From: Alphaproteobacteria bacterium
GTDB lineage: Bacteria; Pseudomonadota; Alphaproteobacteria; Holosporales; JBOFFI01
Direction: 5' to 3'
NCBI GenBank assembly: GCA_051648545.1
Contig: JBOFFI010000049.1
Coordinates: 12,620 to 76,619 of the forward strand
DNA: 64,000 nt
The notes beneath the pieces were generated by a model that saw only the letters and a program-made list of their open reading frames with translations, was not told the DNA's origin and made no database searches. Each line of letters begins with the position of its first letter. The first letter of the stretch is position 1. This document shows positions 37,699 through 47,735 of the stretch, piece by piece. The translations under genes and the position numbers were made by a program.

Positions 37699-39165
37699 CT
37701 ATTTTTTTGGATTCTCTTCAACCAGTGCGTTGTATTCATTAGAAAGCCGCTTCACAGCCCATATCCAGATCAGCACAATGAGAATCACCAAAACGCTCAA
37801 CGCAGGCGCAATGGTTAATTGATTACCGGCTGTTACAATCAGCAGAACCTGTTGAACAATGCCCCCACCAGATTTTCCAAGACGGCTTCCGATCACGTCC
37901 ACCGCAGCCTTACCCTTGACTTTCAATTCTTGGTCTAGGGGGATGTAAGCCATTTCTTTGGTTGGGTCAAATAAAGAATACTTTGTTCCCTTACCTAAAA
38001 CATTTTGAGCCCCTCCAATCATCACTGCTAAAAAGAGTGGCGTGAAACCCATCAAGGAGAAAGTTCCTGGAAAGAAATCATTGATCAGCACGAAGGCAAA
38101 AAAGAGCGAACCGGTCACCAGAATCATGGTCGGTGTCGTAATCGCACCGGTGAACCAACCAAACCTGCGCACCACACCTTTCGTGGTAAACATAAGGATG
38201 ATCGTCGCAGCACCAACCCACGAATAAAAATCACCAAAAAAAGCTTTTAAATCTCTTGGATCTGGATAAAGCTCCCGAACTTGATTCTTCCAGGTTACTT
38301 CGATCAAATTGATGGTCATACCATAGCCCAAAACTAAGATGGCGATATAACCCAAATATTTAGAGTGGATCAGCAGCTTGAAACTCTCGGAAATAGAGAG
38401 TTTTGGCTTTTTCTCTTTTGATTTCTTGGGAGCAGAAGCTTTTTCATAATACCGGGGATCTGTTAAAACAGCTTTCCCCATCCACCAATAAATAAAGGCT
38501 ATCGCTGCACCTCCTAAGATCACGAGGTGGATCAAGGTATCAAAATCAAATTTCTTCAGGGCCTGTCCAGCTCCGATCAAGGCAAAATTTGCAAGAAAAC
38601 CAAACAAAGAATAATAGCGCTTTGCTTCATCCGTTTTAGTGACCTCGTTAGCAAATTGCCAAAATATGATAGCTGTTCCAACATTTCCCCATAACTCAGC
38701 AAACGTATAAAAGAGGCTGTAAGTCCAAACCCCATAAACTGGGAAAAGCCATTGAAAATTTGGGTAAGCTTCCTGAAGCGCTCGGATATACGCAGGATCT
38801 GGGTGCAGAAAATCTACATTAGGATGAATTAAAAATGTAAAAATAGCGAAAAAAACAGGAAACGGCAAAAGGCAAGCATAGTAAAGTTTTTCCCGGCTAA
38901 GGGCATTGCTAAGCTTCGCATAAAGCACAACAAACGCAATAGATGATGGCAAAACAATCCAAAATTTCAGAAAGTTAAACACCTCTGCACCAGAATTGGG
39001 AGCCGTTGAAATCAACACATCTTTCAAAGCGCGCACGACAGTATAGTTAAATAAAACAAAAAACAGAATTGCAGCCATGGGGAGAAATTTTTTCATTTCA
39101 TAGCCATGAATGGGCCACAGGGCGGCACGTAATTTTGAAAATTCAGGTTGCATGTGAGAGCTCAT
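37699..39165 (-). CDS. tlc: ATP/ADP translocase (TLC/NTT nucleotide transporter family)
   Basis: The sequence LWPIHGYEMKKFLPMAAILFFVLFNYTVVRALKDVLI... is a characteristic TLC N-terminus. The protein has 12 TM helices and is 488 aa. Confidence 0.9.
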   Translation of the reverse strand: MSSHMQPEFSKLRAALWPIHGYEMKKFLPMAAILFFVLFNYTVVRALKDVLISTAPNSGAEVFNFLKFWIVLPSSIAFVVLYAKLSNALSREKLYYACLLPFPVFFAIFTFLIHPNVDFLHPDPAYIRALQEAYPNFQWLFPVYGVWTYSLFYTFAELWGNVGTAIIFWQFANEVTKTDEAKRYYSLFGFLANFALIGAGQALKKFDFDTLIHLVILGGAAIAFIYWWMGKAVLTDPRYYEKASAPKKSKEKKPKLSISESFKLLIHSKYLGYIAILVLGYGMTINLIEVTWKNQVRELYPDPRDLKAFFGDFYSWVGAATIILMFTTKGVVRRFGWFTGAITTPTMILVTGSLFFAFVLINDFFPGTFSLMGFTPLFLAVMIGGAQNVLGKGTKYSLFDPTKEMAYIPLDQELKVKGKAAVDVIGSRLGKSGGGIVQQVLLIVTAGNQLTIAPALSVLVILIVLIWIWAVKRLSNEYNALVEENPKK

Positions 39166-39621
39166 AATAGTGTGCCTTTCTTCTGCCTTTCCTTAAAAAT
39201 AAAACAGATGTTTCCGAGATTTAACGAACTCAAAGCCAGGAACATAGAAAAAGGAGGCTGTATAACAACACTGCCCCCTCCCCTTGTTGCCCAGATGCTG
39301 GCAAAACCCAGCTTTGCGCATCATTATTTCTCTGCAGGTAAGATGTATAAACTATTTTCATTGAAAAGCAAAGGGGCTTTTCATTAAATATTATAATACC
39401 TTTCCTGAAATTTTTTAGACGCAGGAAGGTATCCAATGGGTATATTTCTCCCTAATTTAGGAAAGGATTAAACTATTTTTTAGGATTTTTTTGAGAATTT
39501 TCGTCATTTTATGAAAAAACCCCCATCAGTTGTGAAAATATGAAAAGAACCTCTGTTTTTTTCGAAAAAATAGATTTATACTGCGCGAGCTTAGGTTTAT
39601 ACGATTGAAAGAACAAAAGAC

Positions 39622-40317
39622 ATGGCTGATTTTTTAGACGAGCTTCAAGAAGAGATCCGTCAAGAAAAGTATGTAAAACTTTGGAAGGCCTATGGTCCTT
39701 TCGTTCTTTTCGGTGTTTTTTTGATGCTTGCGGGAACAGGGCTTTACCTTGGTTGGAAAAGCTATCGAGACCATGGGTATCAAGCTGAAGGAACGAATTA
39801 TCAGCACGCTTTAGATCTCTTGAAGACCGGGAAGAAAGCAGAAGCTCTTGAGCTTCTCAAACACCTTGAAACAACTTCTTCTGGCTATGGTTTTTTGGCT
39901 AAATTACGTCAATTTGCGCTTCAAACAGAGGCTTTTGTACGCAACCCTTCCCAAGATCAACTCCAGCTTGTCAAACAAAACGTTGAAGAGATCATGAAAA
40001 ACCGGGAAACAGATGGCGCTCTTAAAGGGCTCCTCAACACGCATCTTTCTTTGCTGATGGTGCAAACAGGGGTTTCTGTTCTTTTCATTCAGCAAGGGGT
40101 GGAACAGCAAATAACTCCCCACAATCCCTGGAAGGGGCTTGGTCTTGAGGTCATCTTTCTGCAGGCATTTCAACAGCAAGACAGTCAGCGCGCTGAAGCA
40201 CTCCTTTCAACCCTGATGGCTTCCCGGGATGTTCCCTCCAGCTTACAAACCCGCATAGGGTTAGAGGCCATGGGCGCCGGCTTGGGGATTCCGTCTTTTC
40301 GTGAGCATAAGAAATAA
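39622..40317 (+). CDS. YfgM-like membrane-anchored TPR-like protein
   Basis: It has an acidic N-terminus, a single TM helix (GPFVLFGVFLMLAGTGLYLGW) and a helical periplasmic domain. It sits directly upstream of bamB, as yfgM does in other proteobacteria. Confidence 0.5.
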   Translation: MADFLDELQEEIRQEKYVKLWKAYGPFVLFGVFLMLAGTGLYLGWKSYRDHGYQAEGTNYQHALDLLKTGKKAEALELLKHLETTSSGYGFLAKLRQFALQTEAFVRNPSQDQLQLVKQNVEEIMKNRETDGALKGLLNTHLSLLMVQTGVSVLFIQQGVEQQITPHNPWKGLGLEVIFLQAFQQQDSQRAEALLSTLMASRDVPSSLQTRIGLEAMGAGLGIPSFREHKK

Positions 40318-40353
40318 AAACTTCACCCTTATAACACCTGACGAAAGGTTAGC

Positions 40354-41694
40354 ATGAACAGACACCAAAAAATGAACTCTTTTCTCCAAACAGCTTCACT
40401 GTTGGGGCTGATTTCCCTGCTTGCAGGTTGCGAAATATTGGGTAAAAAAGAAAAGCCTCCTTTAGAAGGAAAACGTGTTCCTATCGCCTTTGTAAATTCT
40501 GGCCTGAAACCAGACGTTACGCTTGTTCCAAAGAAAATCACCCTGCCTGCACCGGTGACTGTTTCATCCTGGGAACAAGCTGGATTTAATGCTACCCATA
40601 CAACACCCCATGTTCGTTTTTCTAAAGAGCTAAGGGCAGGAAGCTCTTTCTCTTTGGGAACAGGCCGATCTGAGGATGGGCGCATATTAAGCGCCCCGAT
40701 TCTTGTAGATGGCGCCCTTTATGGTATCGATGCCCAAACCCGCCTGCGCGCTTTTTCAACAAAGACGCAAGAGATGCTTTGGGAGATGGATCTTTCCCCA
40801 GAAAATAAGGCGGGAGACTACGCCTTAGGTGGCGGTGTTGCTTACGGAAAAGGAGCTCTTTTTGCAGCAACTGCCTATGGCGATTTAGTCGCTTTGGATG
40901 CAAAAACAGGAAAGAAACGCTGGGAAAAGCGGCTGGGAAGCCCATGTCGTGCAGCACCCGTTTTTCAAGATGGGCAAGTGTATGTGATGACAGTGGACAA
41001 CCAACTCCAGGTTTTCCAAGATAAAACAGGTGATTTGCTGTGGAGCCATGCAGGCATTGCTGAAAATTTAGGGCTTTTAGGAACATCTCTACCTGCTGTT
41101 CTGGGAGATACGGTTGTGGTGGCGTATTCCTCGGGGGAGGTTTTTGGGCTTAAAGCCGGAAGCGGAACCGTGATGTGGTCTGAAAGCGTTTCTACCTCTA
41201 AAAAAGAGGATTTAGCTTCCAGCTTAACCCACGTGCAAGCCCTTCCCGTTGTGGACGGCAACACGGTTTATATTCTCAACCAAGATGGTCGCATGGCGGC
41301 GCTTCATGTTCAAAATGGCCGTCGATTGTGGGAACGGGATATTTCCGGCATTCAAACCCCCCTTGTAGCGGGGGAATCTCTCTTCCTCTTGAGCCAACAA
41401 AATGAATTGATTTGCTTGGATAAGGCCTATGGCCACGTCCATTGGGTTAAAAAATTACCAGAACCAGAAGGGTTTCAGGGAAAAAATGCCTGGGCCGGCC
41501 CCTTGGCTGTTGGAGGGAACCTTTACGTGGTTGGCATTCAAGGCGCTATGCTGGCCATCTCCCCTCAAACGGGTGAGATTCAAAAAAGCTATCCCCTTGC
41601 CCATGGCGCATCGCTGCCTCCCATCGTGACGTCTCAAGGTTTTTACGTCTTGACAGAAGATGGCACCCTAACGGTTTTTGAGCCCGTGTTGTGA
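40354..41694 (+). CDS. bamB: Outer membrane protein assembly factor BamB (PQQ-like beta-propeller lipoprotein)
   Basis: The lipobox is LLAGC. Repeated propeller blades follow (..DAKTGKKRWEK.., ..DKTGDLLWSH.., ..QNGRRLWER..). Confidence 0.8.
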   Translation: MNRHQKMNSFLQTASLLGLISLLAGCEILGKKEKPPLEGKRVPIAFVNSGLKPDVTLVPKKITLPAPVTVSSWEQAGFNATHTTPHVRFSKELRAGSSFSLGTGRSEDGRILSAPILVDGALYGIDAQTRLRAFSTKTQEMLWEMDLSPENKAGDYALGGGVAYGKGALFAATAYGDLVALDAKTGKKRWEKRLGSPCRAAPVFQDGQVYVMTVDNQLQVFQDKTGDLLWSHAGIAENLGLLGTSLPAVLGDTVVVAYSSGEVFGLKAGSGTVMWSESVSTSKKEDLASSLTHVQALPVVDGNTVYILNQDGRMAALHVQNGRRLWERDISGIQTPLVAGESLFLLSQQNELICLDKAYGHVHWVKKLPEPEGFQGKNAWAGPLAVGGNLYVVGIQGAMLAISPQTGEIQKSYPLAHGASLPPIVTSQGFYVLTEDGTLTVFEPVL

Positions 41695-42731
41695 TAGATC
41701 CACAGGTTGTTTTAGGGATTGAGACAAGCTGTGATGAAACAGCCGTTGGTATTGTCACACGGGACCATCAGATTTTAGCAAATTTGGTACCGTCTCAGAT
41801 CCACCACCATCAACCCTATGGAGGTGTGGTGCCAGAGCTTGCTGCGAGATCCCATCTTGAAACCCTTCCCTCTCTTGTATCTGAGGCTCTTGAAACCGCT
41901 GGGCTTTCCTTGCATGACCTTGATGGCATCGCTGCGACAGGAGGCCCTGGGCTGATCGGAGGGTTGATCATAGGGGCCACGTTTGCCAAAACCCTTGCGT
42001 GGTCTGTCCGCAAGCCTTTTATCGCAGTCAATCACTTGGAAGCCCACGGGCTTACTGCCAGACTTACCCACAACATCTCCTTTCCTTATGTATTGTTGCT
42101 GATATCTGGGGGGCATTCCCAATTCCTTCTGGCCGAAGCATTGGGAATTTACCATCTCCTAGGCACAACAAGGGACGATGCTGTAGGAGAAACCTTTGAT
42201 AAAGTCGCGCGGATGTTGAGATTACCCTATCCAGGAGGGCCTGCCATTGAAGACAAGGCGAAAGAAGGCGACCCTAATCGCTTCACGTTTCCCATGCCTT
42301 TAGCTGCTGAAAAAACCTGCGATTTTTCCTTCTCTGGGTTAAAAGCAGCCGTGCGGCGTGTTATTGAGGAGCTTCCACAGCCCTTGTCGAGTCAAGCAAT
42401 CTGCGATATCTCTTCCAGCTTTCAACAAACCGTTGGAGCCATTTTCAAGAACCGATTAGGCTATGCATTGACCAAAGCCACAACCAAAATTCCCCAGTTG
42501 CGACACCTTGTAGCCGCCGGGGGTGTCGCCTCTAACCAACTTTTACGAACTATCTTAGAAGCGGAAGCGGTTGAAGCTGGCTGGGAGGCTATTTTTCCGC
42601 CAGCACCCTTGTGCACAGATAACGGTGCCATGGTTGCCTGGGCAGGGCTTGAATATTTACGTCTTGGAAAAAGAACGGGTTCAGATTTTTCTCCTGCGCC
42701 CAGATGGCCTTTGTGGGAAACATCAAAGTAA
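41691..42731 (+). CDS. tsaD: tRNA N6-adenosine threonylcarbamoyltransferase TsaD
   Basis: The sequence LGIETSCDETAVGIV...HHQPYGGVVPELAARSHLE...NHLEAH is canonical Kae1/TsaD. Confidence 0.95.
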   Translation: MIDPQVVLGIETSCDETAVGIVTRDHQILANLVPSQIHHHQPYGGVVPELAARSHLETLPSLVSEALETAGLSLHDLDGIAATGGPGLIGGLIIGATFAKTLAWSVRKPFIAVNHLEAHGLTARLTHNISFPYVLLLISGGHSQFLLAEALGIYHLLGTTRDDAVGETFDKVARMLRLPYPGGPAIEDKAKEGDPNRFTFPMPLAAEKTCDFSFSGLKAAVRRVIEELPQPLSSQAICDISSSFQQTVGAIFKNRLGYALTKATTKIPQLRHLVAAGGVASNQLLRTILEAEAVEAGWEAIFPPAPLCTDNGAMVAWAGLEYLRLGKRTGSDFSPAPRWPLWETSK

Positions 42732-42949
42732 AAAATAACTATCCATAGACGATTTTATTATCTAAATAGTGTTTCAATTTAACTGTTTTTTTAATGCATT
42801 AATTGAAGTTTCTATCATATCTATTTTTTTTTAGATAGCATTTCAGTTACGTCTTTCCTAAATTTGGCTTTTAAGGTCAGAAAGAAGGCTTCACGTCATT
42901 TTTTCAAGTGAAAAGACGGATAAAAAAATGCATAAGGGAGAAAATCAGA

Positions 42950-44347
42950 ATGAATAACCGTATTAAATTTGGATCTCATGTAAAATTGAGTGTCTGCTTG
43001 CTGGCATTGTTGGTGGCTTCGGAGTCTTTGATAGCCAAAAAAATACCTTCCCCTGATGGAAGCATAACGGCTGAACACATTACCACGACACTTCAACCAA
43101 AAAGAAATGCAGGGAAAGTTTTCAAAGAAACCCTGTCTGCTTTGAAAGATGAGAACCACTCTAACCATGCTATTGTCAAAAATAGTCTTTCAACACCAGA
43201 AAATTTCAAAAACTATACACAGCATCTATCTCTAAGCAACGTATTGAGTCTGGCAAAAATGGATCCAACTTATAAAAGCTTTGCTGTCGTTGCTTTGTTG
43301 GGAAGTCGTAATGAAAAGCACATACAATATGCAGGTTTTATGGCTTCAGAAATTTTTAACGATGCAGGAGCTGCTCAGCACCATGAAAGCGTCAAAGAGG
43401 CGCTGTTAGCCTATTTCAAAAATGCCCACGAGAGGGTTTTGCCTTTAGAGCGTGTACAAACTTTCATGGGAAAAGGGGAAGCATTGAACTTCTGGGGCTC
43501 TTTGTATTTGTTTAAATCAGACGATACCAAAAAACACACTGTTGCTGAAGAAAAACTGTTGGGCGCATTAAAAGACTCAAACCATCCCTATCACCAATTT
43601 ACAAAAACCCAATTACAAGATCACCTCCAAAACACTGACAAAAGAATCATTCCTCTAAAAACTGTGAAAAAAATCTTCGAAGAGGCGCCAGATTTAACGC
43701 TTAGTGCTTCTTTGTATTTATTTAAATCAGACGATAGTAAAAAACATGTTGTTGGCATAGAAAAACTTAAGGAGATTTTCTCTAACCCTCAGCACCTCAA
43801 CCACAGTGAGGCCCGTGATGTATTAGGTTCTGCTAATGAATTTGAGAAAATCACAAAGAAACTCTCAAAAAAGCAGCAGGATGAACTGCTGAAGCTTCTT
43901 AGTACCAAGACTGCTGAAGCTGCAATACCATCCGCTGAAGAGATGTCTCAACAATTCATGAATGTCTCTCTCAATCCAAAGGGGTCTGCTGCAAACGTTA
44001 TTCAAGTTTTGAATCAACCAATAACCCAAGAATTTATACCTCAAGCGGTAACGGTGGAACAAAAAGTGATGCAAATGGGTGTGGAAAACTATCAAGCAGA
44101 CTTTTCAGATGTACTAAAAAAGACTGGCATCAACCAAACACTAAATTCCTTTGTTTCAGGTAAATTAAACAGCTTTTCATCTGAGCGACAGAGTTTGCTT
44201 TTTCAACATCTGGAAAGTAGAAATCCTACAAATGGGTATGAATTATCCATGGCTTTTGAGTCTTTTAAAAAGGAATCAAGTTCTTTAACCCAAGAAGAGA
44301 AAAATCTTTTGGACACCATGGCTTGGAATTTAGATCCTCAATACTAG
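42950..44347 (+). CDS. Hypothetical secreted protein with internal ~70-aa repeats (orphan, candidate effector)
   Basis: ATG 42950 follows GGGAG, and a signal-like segment VCLLALLVASESLIA follows. The module ...R(V/I)(L/I)PL..V...F......L...(G/A)SLYLFKSDD(T/S)KKH.V..EKL occurs twice, at nt ~43498 and ~43709. I do not recognise a family. Confidence 0.55.
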   Translation: MNNRIKFGSHVKLSVCLLALLVASESLIAKKIPSPDGSITAEHITTTLQPKRNAGKVFKETLSALKDENHSNHAIVKNSLSTPENFKNYTQHLSLSNVLSLAKMDPTYKSFAVVALLGSRNEKHIQYAGFMASEIFNDAGAAQHHESVKEALLAYFKNAHERVLPLERVQTFMGKGEALNFWGSLYLFKSDDTKKHTVAEEKLLGALKDSNHPYHQFTKTQLQDHLQNTDKRIIPLKTVKKIFEEAPDLTLSASLYLFKSDDSKKHVVGIEKLKEIFSNPQHLNHSEARDVLGSANEFEKITKKLSKKQQDELLKLLSTKTAEAAIPSAEEMSQQFMNVSLNPKGSAANVIQVLNQPITQEFIPQAVTVEQKVMQMGVENYQADFSDVLKKTGINQTLNSFVSGKLNSFSSERQSLLFQHLESRNPTNGYELSMAFESFKKESSSLTQEEKNLLDTMAWNLDPQY

Positions 44348-44379
44348 GCTTTATCCTTTTTCTAGTTGGTTTGTGATGA

Positions 44380-44413
44380 GGGAGGGTGGCTTCGCTGCCC
44401 TCCCCTTTTTTTT
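44380..44413 (+). terminator. Rho-independent terminator after the orphan repeat-protein gene
   Basis: The stem GGGAGGG (44380-44386) pairs with CCCTCCC (44398-44404). It is followed by C plus a T8 run. Confidence 0.65.
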
Positions 44414-44416
44414 GTG

Positions 44417-45103
44417 TCAAAGGGCTCTGGCGGTTCCGCGCCGAAGGGCCTCTATGGCTTGCCCATAAGACTCCATCCCAAAAATACTGCTCCCTGCTAC
44501 GAGCACATCTGCCCCCGCTTCAACAGCCAGGCGTGCCGTTTCTGGGTTGATGCCGCCATCCACCTGAAGGTGAATTTTTCTGCCCCACTGGGTGATCTTG
44601 CTCCGTATATCCCGTATTTTCTCCAGCTGGGAAGTCAGAAAAGGCTGCCCCCCAAAGCCAGGATCAACGGTCATGACTAAGATTAAATCAAGATGCTCAT
44701 AAACAAAATCAAGACAACTGGGAGACGTTGCAGGGTTAAGGGCAACGCCGGCTTTTTTCCCAAGGGCTTTAATAGACTGAAGGGTTCGGTTTAAGTGGGT
44801 GCAAGCCTCAGCGTGAACTGTAAGGCCGTCAGCACCAGCCTCTGCAAAAACAGAAACCCATGGATCAGGCTGGGTAACCATGAGGTGAACATCAAAAAAA
44901 AGTGGGGTGATGGGGCGCAGAGCTTTAACAATCGCCGGACCAAGGGCTAGATTGGGAACGAAGTGCCCGTCCATAACGTCTAGGTGCAACCAATCGGCTC
45001 CCGCTTGGGTCACGGCGCAGACTTCGTCTCCAAGCTTTGTCATATCTGACGTCAGAAGAGAGGGAGAAATTCGAACAGACTCTCTAACATCGCTACGTTC
45101 CAT
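44417..45103 (-). CDS. rpe: Ribulose-phosphate 3-epimerase
   Basis: The sequence ISPSLLTSDMTKLGDEV...GADWLHLDVMDGHFVPNL...VDGGIN is canonical Rpe. Confidence 0.9.
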   Translation of the reverse strand: MERSDVRESVRISPSLLTSDMTKLGDEVCAVTQAGADWLHLDVMDGHFVPNLALGPAIVKALRPITPLFFDVHLMVTQPDPWVSVFAEAGADGLTVHAEACTHLNRTLQSIKALGKKAGVALNPATSPSCLDFVYEHLDLILVMTVDPGFGGQPFLTSQLEKIRDIRSKITQWGRKIHLQVDGGINPETARLAVEAGADVLVAGSSIFGMESYGQAIEALRRGTARAL

Positions 45104-45163
45104 TTTAATCCCTTTATAAGTGCATCCTACGACCAGTCTAACACATCTTAAAACAGCAGAACA

Positions 45164-47617
45164 CTAGCCATTTTTTGCAAGGCGCTGTTTACTTGGGACA
45201 AACTCTTCCTTGCGCAACACTTCATGCACTTTTAACGCAAGTTCGTTAAGGGAGAAAGGTTTGGGCAGAAAATGGAGATCCTTGATGGGGCATTTAATCT
45301 GAGCCTCAACATCTTCTTGGGGATAGCCTGAGACAAAAATCACTTTAATGTCAGGCTTAAATTCGTAAGCCTGATTCACAAGGGAAGGACCATCCATGCC
45401 CGGCATAACCACGTCTGTAATCAAGAGGTGAATGGGGTACTGGTTTTCCAAAATCTCAAGAGCATGCTTGCCATCCCTTGCTTCAAAAACCTGATACCCT
45501 TTGCTCTTCAAAGCCCTTGAAGCAAAGAGCCTCACAGGGTCTTCATCTTCCACCAACAATACGTGGGCAGAGCCTGTGAGGTCAATCGTCTTAGAAACTC
45601 TGACGATTTCTTTTTCCTCTTCCTTCCGGTCAGCAGCTTTTTTCTTTTTTTCCAGAAATTTAGGAATATAGATTGAAAAAGTTGTCCCTTTCTCAAGGGA
45701 GCTTTCGACCAAAATACCTCCGGAGAGCTGCTTCACAATCTGGTGCACATTAGAAAGCCCAAGCCCCGTTCCTTGGGAAGGGTCTTTTGTTGAAAAAAAT
45801 GGATCAAAAATTTGCTCTAGGCATTCTTCTGAAATACCACATCCTGTATCTATTACATCTACAACCACGTAAGTTTTGGGTTGGATGGTTTCTTTGTAAA
45901 GCTGAATAGACTCTTTCAACTGAACCATCCGCGTCCGGATTGTCAGCTTGCCACCCAAAACCATCGCGTCTCTGGCATTAATCACCAAATTCACAATAAT
46001 CTGCTCAAGCTGGCCTTGGTCTGCAAAAATAAACCCAACATCGCGTTCGTGTTTCAGCGTTAGCTCGACCTTACTTCCAATCAAGCGTCGCAACAGAAAC
46101 GAAAGCTCGTTCAAGCACTCTCGCACATCCAAGGGTTTCGGATCTGGCGCTGTTTGTTTCGCAAACAGCAACAATTGACGCACTAAATTGGTTGCCCGAT
46201 TAGCATTTTGCTTAATCTGCATGATATCTGTAAACGATTGATCTTGGGGGGTATGCCGCTGTAATAGCAAATCACAAAAACCCAACATGGCGGTTAGCAG
46301 ATTGTTAAAATCATGGGTAATACCACTGGCTAATTGCCCCAAAGCCTGGAGCTTTTGAGATTCTAAGCTTTGGTTTTCCATTTTTTTAAGCTCTGTTAAA
46401 TCATGGAGGAAGATGATGAAGTAACTGGTCTTAGGATCATCCACCATCACCAAATAACGAGCGTAAATGCCAAGGGTCTTTGATTCAATCCCTTTAAAAG
46501 AGAAAAGAAGCGGTTGTTTGAGCTCTCTGTTATAGCGAACACTCTGGAAAAATTTCGTCAAAGCACTGCGTTCTTCCTCAGCAACCCAGTGAGACAGCGG
46601 ACGCTGATGGACTCGGCGCTCTTGGACCAAATCCTGAAAGGCTCGGTTGGTTGATTTAATATATCCAGCCTGATCTAAAATCAAGGCAGGCATCGGAAAA
46701 CCTTCTAAAAGTGCAGCGTCATCCGCCTCTTTTCGCAAAGCGATCACCTGATCAGATGTTGCGAGTAAAACACATACAGCGTCATGCTCTTGAAGTGGAA
46801 CGGCCCGCAAAACAGTTGCTTCTTCTGGCTGGTTTTGAGCACTCTTAAAGAGCAAAACCGCATGATCACCTTCCTGCCAAGAGCTTTCTGGTTCTTCAAC
46901 CAAACAATCATAAAAATTCTTGCCCAAGACTTCTTCAGGTGCGTAACCAAGCCACTCATAGAATGTTGCATTTGCATAAAGAATCTTGCCTTCTAAAGAG
47001 GCCACAAACGCAGGCGAGGGGTAGCTGTTGAGAATGTCAGAAAAAATAGAACCTTCAGAAAAAAACGCGTCTTCCTGGGAAGCAGAAGGCTGAATAAACC
47101 AAGCGACACCACCTGTTGGAAGGGGCTTTACGCAAATGTGAAACCGCTTGATCTTGCCTTGGATAAGCCAATCAACTAGCTCATTTCCCTCTTGCTGGTG
47201 GAGGGTATACATTTTAAGGCGCGCCAGAGAATCTTTAGATTCTTGGGACTGGATGAAAGCATCAAAAAAAACAAGCTGGATTCGATCAACCTGCGAAGGA
47301 GAGAATTGAAAAAAATCACAACAGGCCTGGTTTGCAAATGTCAATTTTCCTTGGATATCGAATAATATAACACCCTCAGGCGACATCGCCTGAATAGCTT
47401 CCAATGCCACGGTTTTCCCAGATTTTTTGGACTTGAGGAAATAATGAAGCAAGAATCCAAGAAAAACGCTATTGAAGGCAAAAATCAGAAATAATTTTTG
47501 TTCGAAAAACAGAAAACCTCCCCATATGCTCAAACAAAAGCTTGAAAATAAGGCGCAGGCCAAGAAAGCTTTCTTTAAACGACGGCAAGAACCCTGCATG
47601 AAATTGAAACAACGCAT
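45164..47617 (-). CDS. cckA: Hybrid sensor histidine kinase/response regulator, CckA-like
   Basis: It has two N-terminal TM helices and PAS-like segments. It also has the H-box GQLASGITHDFNNLLTAMLGF, an HATPase_c domain (DTGCGI...GTGLGLS) and a C-terminal receiver (LLVEDEDPVR...DVVMPGMDG). This is the architecture and H-box of alphaproteobacterial CckA. Confidence 0.7.
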   Translation of the reverse strand: MRCFNFMQGSCRRLKKAFLACALFSSFCLSIWGGFLFFEQKLFLIFAFNSVFLGFLLHYFLKSKKSGKTVALEAIQAMSPEGVILFDIQGKLTFANQACCDFFQFSPSQVDRIQLVFFDAFIQSQESKDSLARLKMYTLHQQEGNELVDWLIQGKIKRFHICVKPLPTGGVAWFIQPSASQEDAFFSEGSIFSDILNSYPSPAFVASLEGKILYANATFYEWLGYAPEEVLGKNFYDCLVEEPESSWQEGDHAVLLFKSAQNQPEEATVLRAVPLQEHDAVCVLLATSDQVIALRKEADDAALLEGFPMPALILDQAGYIKSTNRAFQDLVQERRVHQRPLSHWVAEEERSALTKFFQSVRYNRELKQPLLFSFKGIESKTLGIYARYLVMVDDPKTSYFIIFLHDLTELKKMENQSLESQKLQALGQLASGITHDFNNLLTAMLGFCDLLLQRHTPQDQSFTDIMQIKQNANRATNLVRQLLLFAKQTAPDPKPLDVRECLNELSFLLRRLIGSKVELTLKHERDVGFIFADQGQLEQIIVNLVINARDAMVLGGKLTIRTRMVQLKESIQLYKETIQPKTYVVVDVIDTGCGISEECLEQIFDPFFSTKDPSQGTGLGLSNVHQIVKQLSGGILVESSLEKGTTFSIYIPKFLEKKKKAADRKEEEKEIVRVSKTIDLTGSAHVLLVEDEDPVRLFASRALKSKGYQVFEARDGKHALEILENQYPIHLLITDVVMPGMDGPSLVNQAYEFKPDIKVIFVSGYPQEDVEAQIKCPIKDLHFLPKPFSLNELALKVHEVLRKEEFVPSKQRLAKNG

Positions 47618-47735
47618 AGTTTTTTACTTGATCTATCCTGACTATAAACGGGAACAGCAGTAAGCGAATACGCAATCCATTCCCTTTCTTGTAAAGCTTT
47701 TTTTCAAGACACACAAGAGATTGTATTATAGGCGT

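Noticed and set aside
44366-44680. A plus-strand 104-aa ORF overlapping rpe.
   Set aside because: It is antisense to canonical rpe. Its 5' end coincides with the terminator hairpin of the upstream gene.
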